Assembly: GCA_963665235.2 (NCBI GenBank)
Contig: CAXXLX010000001.1
Location: forward strand, 3,904,001 to 3,968,000
Length of the DNA stretch: 64,000 nucleotides
Direction: 5' to 3'
From: Candidatus Poribacteria bacterium
GTDB lineage: Bacteria; Poribacteria; WGA-4E; WGA-3G
In this document: positions 1-9,589 of the stretch, in pieces
Layout: each line of letters starts with the position of its first letter
How positions within the stretch are numbered: position 1 is the first letter of the stretch
Notes under the pieces: model-generated
What the model saw: the letters and a program-made list of their open reading frames with translations, nothing else
Databases searched by the model: none
What the model was told of the DNA's origin: nothing
Position numbers and translations under genes: made by a program

Positions 1-322
1 CCGATGCTGCAATCATCGCGTCGGACTCTTCAAGCGTCAGCGAGAGCGGTTTTTCACAGAAGGCGTGAACCCCTGCCTCTGCCGCATCAACGATTACCTG
101 CGTATGTGCCACTGGGGGGGTGGCAACAACGACACCATCAACTACGGAAAAAAGTTCTTGATAATCTTGAAACGCACGGATATTATGCCGTTCGGCGACA
201 GCTTTTGCCGCGTCAAGCCGCAAATCCGCGACCCCTACAAATTCACAATTTTCTACGTTCGGGAGTGAGTTGCAATGCGCATTTCCCATACCCCCTACTC
301 CGACAACACCTATTTTAATCAT
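1..322 (-). CDS. Gfo/Idh/MocA family oxidoreductase (N-terminal part, runs off window)
   Basis: Manual minus-strand translation MIKIGVVGVGGMGNAH...VVVATPP...HAFCEKPLS (Rossmann GxGxxG and CEKP motif); AAGGA RBS upstream; absent from ORF track. Confidence 0.9.
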   Translation of the reverse strand, partial: MIKIGVVGVGGMGNAHCNSLPNVENCEFVGVADLRLDAAKAVAERHNIRAFQDYQELFSVVDGVVVATPPVAHTQVIVDAAEAGVHAFCEKPLSLTLEESDAMIAAS

Positions 323-415
323 GAGTCTATTCCTTTTTATTTGGTATGCAAAGAATTTATCGTCATAATACCCACCACCTAAAGGTGGAGGCTTGTGCTT
401 CCTCGACAACAGCGT

Positions 416-991
416 TTATCCCTGGGGGACAACCCGTCTTATGTCGTCTCCACTTAGGGCAGCTAAGCCTGCCCGTTTGATGTTGATTGCAGCGTTGACA
501 TCTCTATCGTGGTCTGAACCACATTCAGGACATGTCCACTGCCGATCTGAAAGAGTTAGTTTTTTGTTATGGTATCCACAATCACTACAAGGTTTCGTCG
601 TTGCTGTCCACTGACCAATGGACACAAGTTCTTTACCGTGCTTCGCACACTTCTGTTCGAGTATCAGCAGGAATTGATAGAACGCGTGGTCAGAAACTTT
701 GCGTCCCCATAGGCGTTTCATACCGTCTATGTTCAGCGTCTCAAAACAGAGTATATCAAACTCGGTGCAAAGTTTAGTAGCAAGTTTCCATTGCCAATCG
801 AGACGTTGATTTGTTATTTTTCGGTAAAGTCTTGCCAAAGCACGACAGGCACGATACCAATTACCGGAACCTTTGACTTTACGGCTAAGGGCTTTAGACA
901 AAGAGCACAACTTGTTGAGGGATTGCTTGGAAAATTGTGGGGATTCTATCGTGTTGCCTTCGTCGCTTGTTAGAACCGCTTTGACCTTCAA
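416..991 (-). pseudogene. tnpB: TnpB RNA-guided endonuclease, N-terminally truncated
   Basis: FETLNIDGM (RuvC-II), CSDCG...CPECG zinc ribbon, HDRDVNAAINI (RuvC-III); lacks HTH/WED region and RuvC-I aspartate motif. Confidence 0.85.
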
Positions 992-1107
992 GGTACTCTT
1001 TGATAACCTTCAGTGGCACACCGCCACAAGAACTCACAAACTTCGAACGGGTCCACAAAGTGAGTTGTTCGGTAATCACGCTTGTTGTTAGAGAGTTTCA
1101 GTGGCAT
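975..1107 (-). pseudogene. tnpA: TnpA (Y1 HUH transposase) remnant
   Basis: N-terminus MPLKLSNNKRDYRTTH joined out of frame to C-terminal LWTRSKFVSSCGGVPLKVIKEYLEGQ (typical LW..S.F..S.GG.P...IK.Y...Q); HUH core missing. Confidence 0.75.
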
Positions 1108-1140
1108 AATATATTACCTGTCTATTAGAGTGTATAGGAG

Positions 1141-1170
1141 ATTATACCACATATTTGTAGTGAATGTCAA
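1141..1170 (-). promoter_or_regulatory. sigma70-type promoter of IS605 element
   Basis: TTGACA-N18-TATAAT with extended -10 TG. Confidence 0.7.
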
Positions 1171-1313
1171 GTCTTTGTTTATATCACGCACTTCGCCGTC
1201 TACATCCCGCAAGCGAAACAGTAGCATGGGGATTTGACAGGGGAGTGTTAAAGTTGGAACGGTGTCAACAGTTTTAATTGTCCGAAACCGGCGGGGCAAT
1301 CAAACCTTACGTG

Positions 1314-1988
1314 TTACCGATTTCTTACCAAATAAATGACGATTGAGATGGATATCGCAATGCCAAACCCCCACAGTAGTAATTTCATGTTACCCGATAT
1401 GCTCTCGCCGAGGTAGGAGTAAACTACGGTCGCAGGGAGCTGCCCGATGCCTGTGGCAACCCAAAATCCGAGAAACCGCATTCGCGTTAACCCCGCTACA
1501 TAACTGACTGCATCGAAAGAGATGACCGGAATTAGGCGTGCGATAAGAATAGCATAACTGCCGTACTTTTCGAAGAACAGATTGGTCCTCTCAACGATAG
1601 ATGTCCTGATAATTCGGGTGATATGTTTAGCACCGAGCCAACGTGTAATGTAAAAACAGAGAGCTGCACCGAGCATAGCACTGCTCCACGACAGGAGCAT
1701 TCCCCACCAAAAACCGAAGAGGGCACCGTTGGCAATTGTAAGCAGAAATGCAGGCAACGGCGCGATGACGCTCTGAAAAATCATAAGCAGTGCTGAGACG
1801 ATAGGCGCAAGTGCACCGTAACCGGCGATGTACTCGCGCGCAGTTTCAATGCTCTGGAAGGCAGTGAATATGTCTCTGAAAAACTGCCACACTGTTTCCC
1901 AGAAGAAGGCGAGACATACAATAACAAGCACAATGCCTGCTAGAAGGAGCCCGAGGGTTTTAGGCATCTGACGCGCTATTTTTAGCAT
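1314..1988 (-). CDS. TVP38/TMEM64 (DedA/VTT domain) membrane protein
   Basis: PLPAF..TIANGALFG, ARLIPVISFDAVSY, ATGIGQLP motifs; start may be MPKT at 1967. Confidence 0.9.
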   Translation of the reverse strand: MLKIARQMPKTLGLLLAGIVLVIVCLAFFWETVWQFFRDIFTAFQSIETAREYIAGYGALAPIVSALLMIFQSVIAPLPAFLLTIANGALFGFWWGMLLSWSSAMLGAALCFYITRWLGAKHITRIIRTSIVERTNLFFEKYGSYAILIARLIPVISFDAVSYVAGLTRMRFLGFWVATGIGQLPATVVYSYLGESISGNMKLLLWGFGIAISISIVIYLVRNR

Positions 1989-2919
1989 CTTTCGTCTGCT
2001 GTATCAGGGCCCGATTCAGGCGAGCACGGAAGGCTTGCAGTTTTTCGTCTGTCCACTGATAAAAACCTTCACCGGTTTTTACACCCAGTTTTCCCGATTC
2101 AACCATTTTTTGAAGGAGCGGATTGATATCGGAGGAACTGTTCAGGTCGCGATAGAGTTCTTCAAAGGCATCGCGTACCAAATCCCACCCAGCGAGCTCA
2201 AACACTTCGAAGGGGCCAGCGACGCTAAGCCGTCTGCCGAAGCTATTTCGCACGACGAGGTCCACCGTTTCTGCGCTGGCAATGCCCTGTTCCACAATCG
2301 CAAACGCCTCCCGAATAAGGGCAGCTTGCAGCCTTGGTCCCACGAAACCGAGTGCCTCCTTCTCAATAATTGCGGGGGTTTTACCGATATCTGTTAAGAG
2401 GTCAAATGTGACAGACACGGTTTCATCGGATGTCTCCGGGCTGCGAATGAGTTCCACTACCGGAATCAGGTAAGGCGGGTTGAAGTAGTGGGTATTGAGT
2501 ATTTTATCGGTGCGTTTCGCCTTTATCCCGAGCTGACTGGGCATGATAGCAGTTGTATTACTGGCTAAAATTGTGTGCGGTTGGCACAATGTATCTAATT
2601 CGGCAAAAATCTGCTGTTTCAGTGCCAAATTTTCGGTGACAGCTTCAATTACAAAATCTGCGTTTTCAACCGCCTCCGCCAATAGGACGGTGCTGTGAAT
2701 GCGCTGCAACGTTTCGGAGATCCGTCCCTTTTCGGTGACACCGTTTTCAGCGAGCATTCTCAGGTTGTCCTCAATTTGGGTGCGTGCATTTTGGAGTTTT
2801 TTTTCGCTTACGTCGTGGAGTTGCACGCTGTAGCCTGCGGCTGCGAATTCTTGAGCGATGCCGTGTCCCATGAGGCCTGCCCCAATAATAGCAATATTTC
2901 TGATTTTTTCCATTTTCAC
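1960..2919 (-). CDS. 3-hydroxyacyl-CoA dehydrogenase family protein
   Basis: IIGAGLMGHGIA, EAVTE, LASNT, HYFNPP, GKLGVKTGEGFY. Confidence 0.92.
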   Translation of the reverse strand: MKMEKIRNIAIIGAGLMGHGIAQEFAAAGYSVQLHDVSEKKLQNARTQIEDNLRMLAENGVTEKGRISETLQRIHSTVLLAEAVENADFVIEAVTENLALKQQIFAELDTLCQPHTILASNTTAIMPSQLGIKAKRTDKILNTHYFNPPYLIPVVELIRSPETSDETVSVTFDLLTDIGKTPAIIEKEALGFVGPRLQAALIREAFAIVEQGIASAETVDLVVRNSFGRRLSVAGPFEVFELAGWDLVRDAFEELYRDLNSSSDINPLLQKMVESGKLGVKTGEGFYQWTDEKLQAFRARLNRALIQQTKDAKNSASDA

Positions 2920-2931
2920 TCTTCTCGTTGG

Positions 2932-3618
2932 TTACTGTTTTGCGATAACGATGGTAAACTCCCCGCGTGGCGGTGTGCTTTGGAATTTTTTTAGTGCCTC
3001 ACTGACAACCCCGCGGAATATTTCCTCAAACTGTTTCGTTAGCTCACGTGCAATAACGATGTTCCGTTCTCCCATCACTTCAAGCACATCTTCAAGGAAA
3101 CGGCACAACCGATGCGGCGACTCAAACAGAATTAACGTCCTCTCCTCGGTCGCAAGAGCGGCCAATTGACGTTTCCGCTTCCCCGATTTTGGCGAGAGAA
3201 ACCCTTCAAAGGTAAAGTTGTGCAGAGGCAACCCGGAGACAGTTGCTGCCGCAAGCACGGCGGATGCCCCCGGAATTGGCACAATTGGAATATCTTCAGC
3301 GATGCACGCTTGCAAGAGCGGATAGCCCGGGTCGGAAATTGCGGGTGTTCCCGCATCTGAAACGAGGGCAATTGTTTCACCCGCCTTGAGCCGTTGAATC
3401 AGTTTAGCCCCCTTTTTTACCTGCTGCTCTCCTTCGAAATAGCTGGTAAGTGGGGTTTGAATGTCGTAATGCGTTAGCAATCGTCGGGTTTTCCGTGTAT
3501 CTTCGGCTGCGATGCGGTCAACAGTTTTGAGAATACGAATCGCCCGAAGGGTTATATCCTCTAAATTCCCAATAGGGGTGCTAACGAGGTAAAGGGTACC
3601 ACTTTCTGTATCGCGCAT
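2932..3618 (-). CDS. rsmI: 16S rRNA (cytidine1402-2'-O)-methyltransferase
   Basis: LYLVSTPIGNLEDIT, AEDTR, VSDAGTPAISDPG, FESPHR, ARELTK. Confidence 0.96.
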   Translation of the reverse strand: MRDTESGTLYLVSTPIGNLEDITLRAIRILKTVDRIAAEDTRKTRRLLTHYDIQTPLTSYFEGEQQVKKGAKLIQRLKAGETIALVSDAGTPAISDPGYPLLQACIAEDIPIVPIPGASAVLAAATVSGLPLHNFTFEGFLSPKSGKRKRQLAALATEERTLILFESPHRLCRFLEDVLEVMGERNIVIARELTKQFEEIFRGVVSEALKKFQSTPPRGEFTIVIAKQ

Positions 3619-3674
3619 TATTTCCTTCTAGTTGATTGCCCATAGTCGTCTCCACGCGTGCTTAAGTTCTCACT

Positions 3675-4610
3675 TTAAAAATGCAACTCAGCAGCGATAA
3701 AATCGGAGGCGAAACGTTTCTCAAAAATTCGGGCGTAGCTGATATGTACCGCAGCGGTTCGTCCTGTTTTCCATGTTATGCCGATTCCGCCCGTTAGTGA
3801 ACCGTTTGAACTGCCGAGCCGGAGCGAGACTATCGGGAACGGTGTCCATTCAGCCCCAAAGTATACCCCCGGTGTTTCTCCTACGGTAGAGAGGGCAACA
3901 TCAGCGGAGAATTGATATGTGCTGTAGCGGTACGCCGTGCCGAGGGTCACCCACTGAATGCCGTATCCGTATAGGTTTTGCGCGAGGCATCCGAATTTAA
4001 GTCCTTTGCGCGGTTTGAAAAGCAAACCGATATCGTACGCGGTCTGATAACCGAAAAACTGATAATAATCGGCAGGGTGTCGCCGTTTAAATTTGAGACT
4101 CGCGCCGACTGCTGTGTAAGCTCCGAATTGTGACGCGATGGCATAGTAGTTAAAATCCGGAACCCCGCTTTCAACACCGAGCGCGATTTTGTTTCCCCAG
4201 AAAAGACTGTAACCCCGCCAACTATATCCGATGCCTTTCGGGTCGAACCGGTAATCCTGCCGGTCGTGAAATTTGTTGACACCGAAAAGTTTCACACCCT
4301 GCCACTGGATTAATCCGGCAGGATTCCAAAAACCAGCCGTCGCATCGTCTGCCACAGCAGTGAACGCGTTACCCATCGCTAACGCACGTGCCCCGACGTA
4401 GAGCGGACGCGCCGACTCAAACGGAAATTCTGTTTGGGCAGATACACACACTAACAACGCGAGAAAACAGAAAAGGAGTGTAGCACAAAAACACCATACC
4501 TTATAGAAACGTAACCTCCCGAAGAGCCGGCGGAGCCGTCGCGAAAATTGCCTTGATTCCGTTGTCTTGCCTATAAGCATTTGGTAACTGTCAGCACTTC
4601 CGAAAGGCAT
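3675..4610 (-). CDS. PorV/PorQ/UPF0164-like outer membrane beta-barrel protein
   Basis: GARALAMGNAFTAVADDATAGFWNPAGL plug motif, alternating beta strands, terminal Phe; true start uncertain. Confidence 0.75.
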   Translation of the reverse strand: MPFGSADSYQMLIGKTTESRQFSRRLRRLFGRLRFYKVWCFCATLLFCFLALLVCVSAQTEFPFESARPLYVGARALAMGNAFTAVADDATAGFWNPAGLIQWQGVKLFGVNKFHDRQDYRFDPKGIGYSWRGYSLFWGNKIALGVESGVPDFNYYAIASQFGAYTAVGASLKFKRRHPADYYQFFGYQTAYDIGLLFKPRKGLKFGCLAQNLYGYGIQWVTLGTAYRYSTYQFSADVALSTVGETPGVYFGAEWTPFPIVSLRLGSSNGSLTGGIGITWKTGRTAAVHISYARIFEKRFASDFIAAELHF

Positions 4611-4619
4611 GTGTAACGC

Positions 4620-6041
4620 CTATTCCGCTACTTTTACCTTTTCCCAATCCAATGCCGCTGAATTCCATTCGAACTGCTGCAACGGGCCGAATTTGAGGTT
4701 AACGGTTAAACTCTTCGGTGTTGGCGAGCTATCAAATAGATTGAAATCTCGGATGACAACATAGGTATGTTGTCCATCGGTAATCGTTTTGCATGCCTCG
4801 ATAAAATCGTCGAGGTTCCGAATCTGCTGCCCGTTTATATTCAGGATAACGACCTTAGAGTTTCCGTTTCGTTCTTGGACACCGACCCGCGAAAAACTAC
4901 TGCCCGCCGCAGCGTGCGGTAGATATACACCATCAGCTTCCAGATAGAGGAGCCGCCGTAACTGCGGCGTAATATCGTGAAATACTGCCCCCCCGAACCT
5001 AACGAATCGACGGACCTTTTTCTCCTCTAAATTTTCCACAGGCACATCAAGGCTGAGGTTTTCACCGTTCCGATAGATATCTAAGGTAACCTTTTTCCCG
5101 ACATTTTGGTTCAGGATAGCGTCAAAGGTGTAGAGATTGTCTCGGATAAGTTCATTGTTGATGCGGTAGATAATATCGGAGGCGCGGAGCACGGTTTCAC
5201 CTGTTGTTCGTGGCACGATGGATTCAATCTGGATAACCTTCGGGGTCCCAGTTTCAGAGGGTCCAATCTCTTTGCGTAACGCATCAGGAAAATTAAAGTG
5301 TTTAATCGCTTCACCGATGGAGATAAGTTCCAGGTCAACACCGATTTCACCCCGCACAATTGGCATTTTGTTCCGAATTAATTCCAGTGCGTCGAAGAGG
5401 TAATCGATAGGCAGTTCAAAGCTGGAGGTGTCGGTTCCGCGGGCGTGGATAGCGATGACTTCGCCTTTCGTGTTCCACACGGGACTTCCACTTGACCCAC
5501 CAGTTCGATCGAAAGTTGTGTGGATGTAGCTGGAGTGTCTATCGCCTTTGTTGACGTTAAGGTTTGTAATCGCGCCGAATTTGATGGAATACTCCTCTTT
5601 TTCATTGTTTCCGATAAGCAGCAGTTCATCACCGAGGGATAGGTCCGCCCAAGCCCCGAGTTCAACCGCTTTCAGTTCAAAATTGACTTCGGCTGGGTTA
5701 ATCTGATAAAACCCGAAGTCGTGTGTCGGGTCGTAGTAGAGAATACGTGCTTCTGTAAAGCTACCATCGTAAAAATTGATCTTTATATAGGCAGGGCTGC
5801 TCCCGGTGACGTGCCGGTTGGTGGCAATAATGCCGCGTTCCGCGTCAACAATGAAGCCTGTTGCAAAACTTGTGCCTTTCGTCTCCGTTTCAAAGACAAC
5901 CTCGGAGGAGGTTTCGACATTGACCACCATCGGTTTGTAGGCAGCAATCTGTTCTGTCCAGTTGTGTGCTGCCAAGGCATTTGCCGTAATAAATGCAAAA
6001 CCCCATAAGCAGATGAGGATTTTCTGAAAAACATGTTTCAT
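4620..6041 (-). CDS. Secreted trypsin-like serine protease with PDZ domains (Nma111/HtrA-like)
   Basis: Signal peptide; TNRHV (His), HDFG (Asp), GGSSGSPV (Ser); C-terminal PDZ-like regions. Confidence 0.88.
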   Translation of the reverse strand: MKHVFQKILICLWGFAFITANALAAHNWTEQIAAYKPMVVNVETSSEVVFETETKGTSFATGFIVDAERGIIATNRHVTGSSPAYIKINFYDGSFTEARILYYDPTHDFGFYQINPAEVNFELKAVELGAWADLSLGDELLLIGNNEKEEYSIKFGAITNLNVNKGDRHSSYIHTTFDRTGGSSGSPVWNTKGEVIAIHARGTDTSSFELPIDYLFDALELIRNKMPIVRGEIGVDLELISIGEAIKHFNFPDALRKEIGPSETGTPKVIQIESIVPRTTGETVLRASDIIYRINNELIRDNLYTFDAILNQNVGKKVTLDIYRNGENLSLDVPVENLEEKKVRRFVRFGGAVFHDITPQLRRLLYLEADGVYLPHAAAGSSFSRVGVQERNGNSKVVILNINGQQIRNLDDFIEACKTITDGQHTYVVIRDFNLFDSSPTPKSLTVNLKFGPLQQFEWNSAALDWEKVKVAE

Positions 6042-6116
6042 AAGTGCCGTTCCTTTCTGTAGTTCGTTTCGGAATTTTTAAACATTTTAGCACAGGGATG
6101 CCCTCTTTGTCAAATG

Positions 6117-6214
6117 GCTAATTGGCAATTAGCGATTGGCGATTAGCAATTAGCAAGATGTTGGGATTATAGATAATCCTCTGACGCGCGTCAGAGGTCT
6201 CTTCCTCTTGCTAA
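6117..6214 (+). repeat. Heptamer-flanked palindromic repeat element, copy 1
   Basis: (GCAATTA/GCGATTG)n then CTCTGACGCGCGTCAGAG and CTCTTCCTCTTGCTAA; inverted copy at 8597-8700. Confidence 0.8.
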
Positions 6215-6354
6215 CGGTTTCCAAGGATTTCTATTAGCCAGCGAGGTTTCCATAGGTTTCCGACAGCCAACAGGCTATAAACATAGTGCCCATACTGGGC
6301 TAATACCGAACAACTTGTACAAAAACTTTACACACCCCTATTGTGTAAAGTTTT

Positions 6355-6383
6355 TTGACAAAAGATGCAATTGTGTGTATAAT
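6355..6383 (+). promoter_or_regulatory. Consensus sigma70 promoter
   Basis: TTGACA-N17-TATAAT. Confidence 0.8.
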
Positions 6384-6704
6384 TAGATAAAGTGAAAGTT
6401 TGGAAAATGTCTGACAGATTCTGCGCGCCTCCTGGCACCCGGTCGCATCAGAGGTAGCAACTTTGCGGACTTCGATCCGATGCTATGCTTTCAAACGTGG
6501 ACACTATTTGTTAAAGCCGCCCGGACGCGGTAAATAGAGGAATAAACCCCTGTCCTTCTCAGCAAACGCAGACACATTATCCAAACTTTAGTTGTCTATA
6601 AAACTTTGTAGTATATGAGCACAGGCGCTTTCGCGCCAGTGTCATATATTATATTCAACGATGTCCTTGGTAGCGTATATTTACTTCTATGAAGGAGAAT
6701 TAAA

Positions 6705-7500
6705 ATGAAAAGGTTGAAAATAATCAGCATCGCTGCGGTGATGCTTTGTTCCCTTGTGCTAATCGTGCCCCATAGCAGTCAGGCAGCGTCTATCACATCG
6801 CTGTCTGTCAATGCGAGTCCGGATTACGGAGGCGGCGGGTCCACCTGCGCGCGTCTGACCGCGGATGAAGACATCAGCTATATCGATTGGTATGTGAAAC
6901 AGACGTATCCGGCAGATGAGGTAGATAATAATTGGACACGGATCCATACGAGTATGCACCCCACTGGCACAAGAAGTGTCTCTGTCGGCATCGGTTCTCT
7001 TGACGGTCACATCAAGATCGCCGAGTATGATATAAAGGCAGAGGTTAAGTTTTCGGTTGCCTCTGACACTAGCACGACTACGACCTCTGTCTATAAACCT
7101 GTTTTTGATAGTAGCGGATACCAAGAAACCGGTGTGTACGGTTATTCGGAATTTGACAGCTCATTACTTTAATGGGACAGCCATTGTCATGGATGGGTTT
7201 GTCTGGGCATATAACGGAACCGGTAAGATAGCATTAGGTTTCGGGAGGTTCAGACATACAGCCGAAGGCAAAGAGGCGTTAGAAAACGACTTGCCATTTG
7301 AAAACTTTAAAGACGGCAAACTTTACGGTTATGGCACCAGTCATTGGGGCACTTACTTCAATTTCCACACCGGCGGAGATATAAAGAGAGGTGTCGAGTG
7401 GGTGTGTGAAGCGTATCTTCGGCTCAAAGTGTCGCAAAGGGTAACAGATGACTGGTTCGCGGGTGATACAAATACGTTTGACCATGAAGATAATAGATAA
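6705..7500 (+). pseudogene. Secreted hypothetical protein split by +1 frameshift near 7152
   Basis: GAAGGAG RBS and signal peptide; removing one T in GAATTTGAC joins GYSE to LTAHYFNG of ORF 7057..7500; could be a sequencing error. Confidence 0.65.
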
Positions 7501-7511
7501 ACCGATTCTAA

Positions 7512-7545
7512 TGGCAGGGGACACGTGCCCCTGCCACGCTTTTTT
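7512..7545 (+). terminator. Intrinsic terminator-like hairpin
   Basis: TGGCAGGGG-ACACGTG-CCCCTGCCA followed by T run. Confidence 0.6.
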
Positions 7546-7558
7546 AAGGAGTATAACC

Positions 7559-8584
7559 ATGCGGTTACGAAAAATCAGTTTGCTTTGTCTACTGCTGTTT
7601 CTGCTGTTTGGGACAGTAGCAGATGCGAAAATCGTTTTTGGCTCAAAACGCGATGGTGTGAAAGGTATCTATGTGATGGATGACGATGGTAGCAACGAGA
7701 CGCTTCTCTTAGAAGGGAACCGCTGGTACCCATTCCCTTGGTGCTGGTCTCCAGACGGTCAACACATCCTGTGTGAGGATACAAATGGAGACCCATCTTT
7801 GATGCGTCCAGATGGCACAAACATCCGGAAACTGAAAGTTCCCGATAAAGCGTCCATCGGTAGGATGTCATTTTCACCTGACAGCAAATCTATCGTTTTT
7901 AATATGAGAGTGGAAATAGACGACAAAGAGAAAAAGAGCGTCAACGTGTTCAATATAGAAACGGGGGAAACGAAAAAAATAGCGGATGTTGTTGCGAGCC
8001 TCTGTGATTGGTCTCCCGATGGCGAGTTAATTGTTTACTCAGCTCAACCTGTGGCCGGCGAACCGGTAGGTGGGACGCTTTGGATAATGGACTCGGATGG
8101 TCGTAACTCACGAAAACTGCTGCCCCCGCCCATAAGAGGACGCTTCAAAGCCCCGCGCTGGTCGCCGGATGGCAAACACATCGTCTATCTTCATGACGAG
8201 TATGTGTGGGAGCGACCCCATGAACTTGCAGCACTTACGCTCATCTACAAGGCGCATCGATATCTGATTTGTGATCGGAATGGGGAGCACATCAAACAAC
8301 TCCTAATACCGAAAGACTGGCGCCCCTTACAAATTGACTGGATGGATGATGGGGAATCGGTTGTTTTCAGTGCGTATGTCGGGCTTGAGCTAAACAAACC
8401 GGCACCGCCGCTGGATCAGTTCCCTCCGGCTAATATCTATAAGTATCACATTCGGACAGGTGTGAGAACACAGCTAACAAACCATCCAGGTAAGGATGGG
8501 ACAATAGATTGGATAAGCGATGATGTATTGCCTGTATTCCCACAGGGGAAAAAAAAAGTAACGTGGGGGGCGATTAAGGAGTAA
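7559..8584 (+). CDS. Secreted TolB-like (PD40) beta-propeller with Poribacteria-type C-terminal motif
   Basis: AAGGAG RBS, signal peptide, repeated WSPDG/FSPDS, ends VFPQGKKKVTWGAIKE. Confidence 0.85.
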   Translation: MRLRKISLLCLLLFLLFGTVADAKIVFGSKRDGVKGIYVMDDDGSNETLLLEGNRWYPFPWCWSPDGQHILCEDTNGDPSLMRPDGTNIRKLKVPDKASIGRMSFSPDSKSIVFNMRVEIDDKEKKSVNVFNIETGETKKIADVVASLCDWSPDGELIVYSAQPVAGEPVGGTLWIMDSDGRNSRKLLPPPIRGRFKAPRWSPDGKHIVYLHDEYVWERPHELAALTLIYKAHRYLICDRNGEHIKQLLIPKDWRPLQIDWMDDGESVVFSAYVGLELNKPAPPLDQFPPANIYKYHIRTGVRTQLTNHPGKDGTIDWISDDVLPVFPQGKKKVTWGAIKE

Positions 8585-8596
8585 AGTCGTAATCAG

Positions 8597-8700
8597 TAGC
8601 GATTAGCAATTAGCAATTAGCAAGAGGAAGAGGTCTCTGACACGCGTCAAAGCGTTCATTAGAAGGACAACATCTTGCCAACTGCCAACTGCCAATTAGC
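8597..8700 (-). repeat. Heptamer-flanked palindromic repeat element, copy 2
   Basis: Reverse complement aligns with 6117-6214. Confidence 0.8.
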
Positions 8701-8725
8701 ATAAGGCAAAAAAACGCAACTTGTC

Positions 8726-9559
8726 CTACTCTGAATTGCTGTTCATTTTGAGGGCTGCCATGCTTCTAAGATTCAACAGCGGTGTCATTACCCCGCCAGA
8801 AGCGGGAAGGACAACCCCTGTATCGTAAAGTCTCATGGCAGCGATAGTTGCCTGTGCGACATCCTCCGGCGTGCCGGGGCGCACCATAAAAATGTACCCC
8901 TTTTCAGCCGCTTCCTCATAATCTGGGATTCGGACGCGCGACAGGTCCGTGTCAATTACGCCCGCGGCAATACCGTTCACCTTAATCCCGTGTGAAGCCA
9001 ATCGGCCCGCGTAGGCGCGCATGCTCATCTCCAACCCCGCTTTTGAGATGCAGTACGCGGTGCGGTTATCGGATGCCATCGTGTCGGAAATTGAGAGCGT
9101 ATAAATAATACACCCCCGAATAGCGTTGTCGACCATGTAATTTGCAACCTGTTGTGTGAGGAAGTGCGGTGCCTTCAGATTTGTGTTGACGAGTAGGTCG
9201 AACTGTTCAGGGGTTTCCTCGAGAATGTCAGCGATTCGAGTGATACCCGCATTGTTAATGAGGATATTGACCTTTCCGAAGGCGTTGCAGGCGGTGTCAA
9301 GCAGTTTTGCGTGCCCATCAAGGTCGCTAATATCCGCTTGGACGATAACCGCCTTTCTGCCGAGGGCTTCCACTTCACGTTGAACCGTTTGAGCCGCGTC
9401 TCGATTTTGGTTGTAGTTGATAAGCACGTCCGCGCCTTGCCGTGCCAATTCAATAGCGATGGCGCGTCCGATGCCTCGGCTTGCCCCTGTTACAATTGCT
9501 GCACTGTCCTCAAACGAAACATCTGTTTCAAAAAATCCGAGGTCCGTGTGTGTTGCCAT
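8726..9559 (-). CDS. SDR family oxidoreductase
   Basis: TGASRGIG, NNAG, YCISK. Confidence 0.93.
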   Translation of the reverse strand: MATHTDLGFFETDVSFEDSAAIVTGASRGIGRAIAIELARQGADVLINYNQNRDAAQTVQREVEALGRKAVIVQADISDLDGHAKLLDTACNAFGKVNILINNAGITRIADILEETPEQFDLLVNTNLKAPHFLTQQVANYMVDNAIRGCIIYTLSISDTMASDNRTAYCISKAGLEMSMRAYAGRLASHGIKVNGIAAGVIDTDLSRVRIPDYEEAAEKGYIFMVRPGTPEDVAQATIAAMRLYDTGVVLPASGGVMTPLLNLRSMAALKMNSNSE

Positions 9560-9589
9560 ATTACTCCTCCTTAATCAAAAATGTGAATT

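Larger units (their letters stand above)
362..1246 (-). mobile_element. Internally deleted IS200/IS605-family element
   Basis: Left-end hairpin ~1190-1246 after TTTAA, tnpA remnant, tnpB C-terminal half, right-end hairpin CCTCCACCTTTAGGTGGTGGG followed by ...ATGAC; ends approximate. Confidence 0.75.

Noticed and set aside
4-318. Plus-strand ORFs 4..318 and 65..268
   Set aside because: They are shadows of the minus-strand Gfo/Idh/MocA gene.
416-991. TnpB as Cas12-like effector for the orphan array
   Set aside because: It is 30 kb away, truncated, lacks RuvC-I and has IS605 ends; the array repeat looks class 1.
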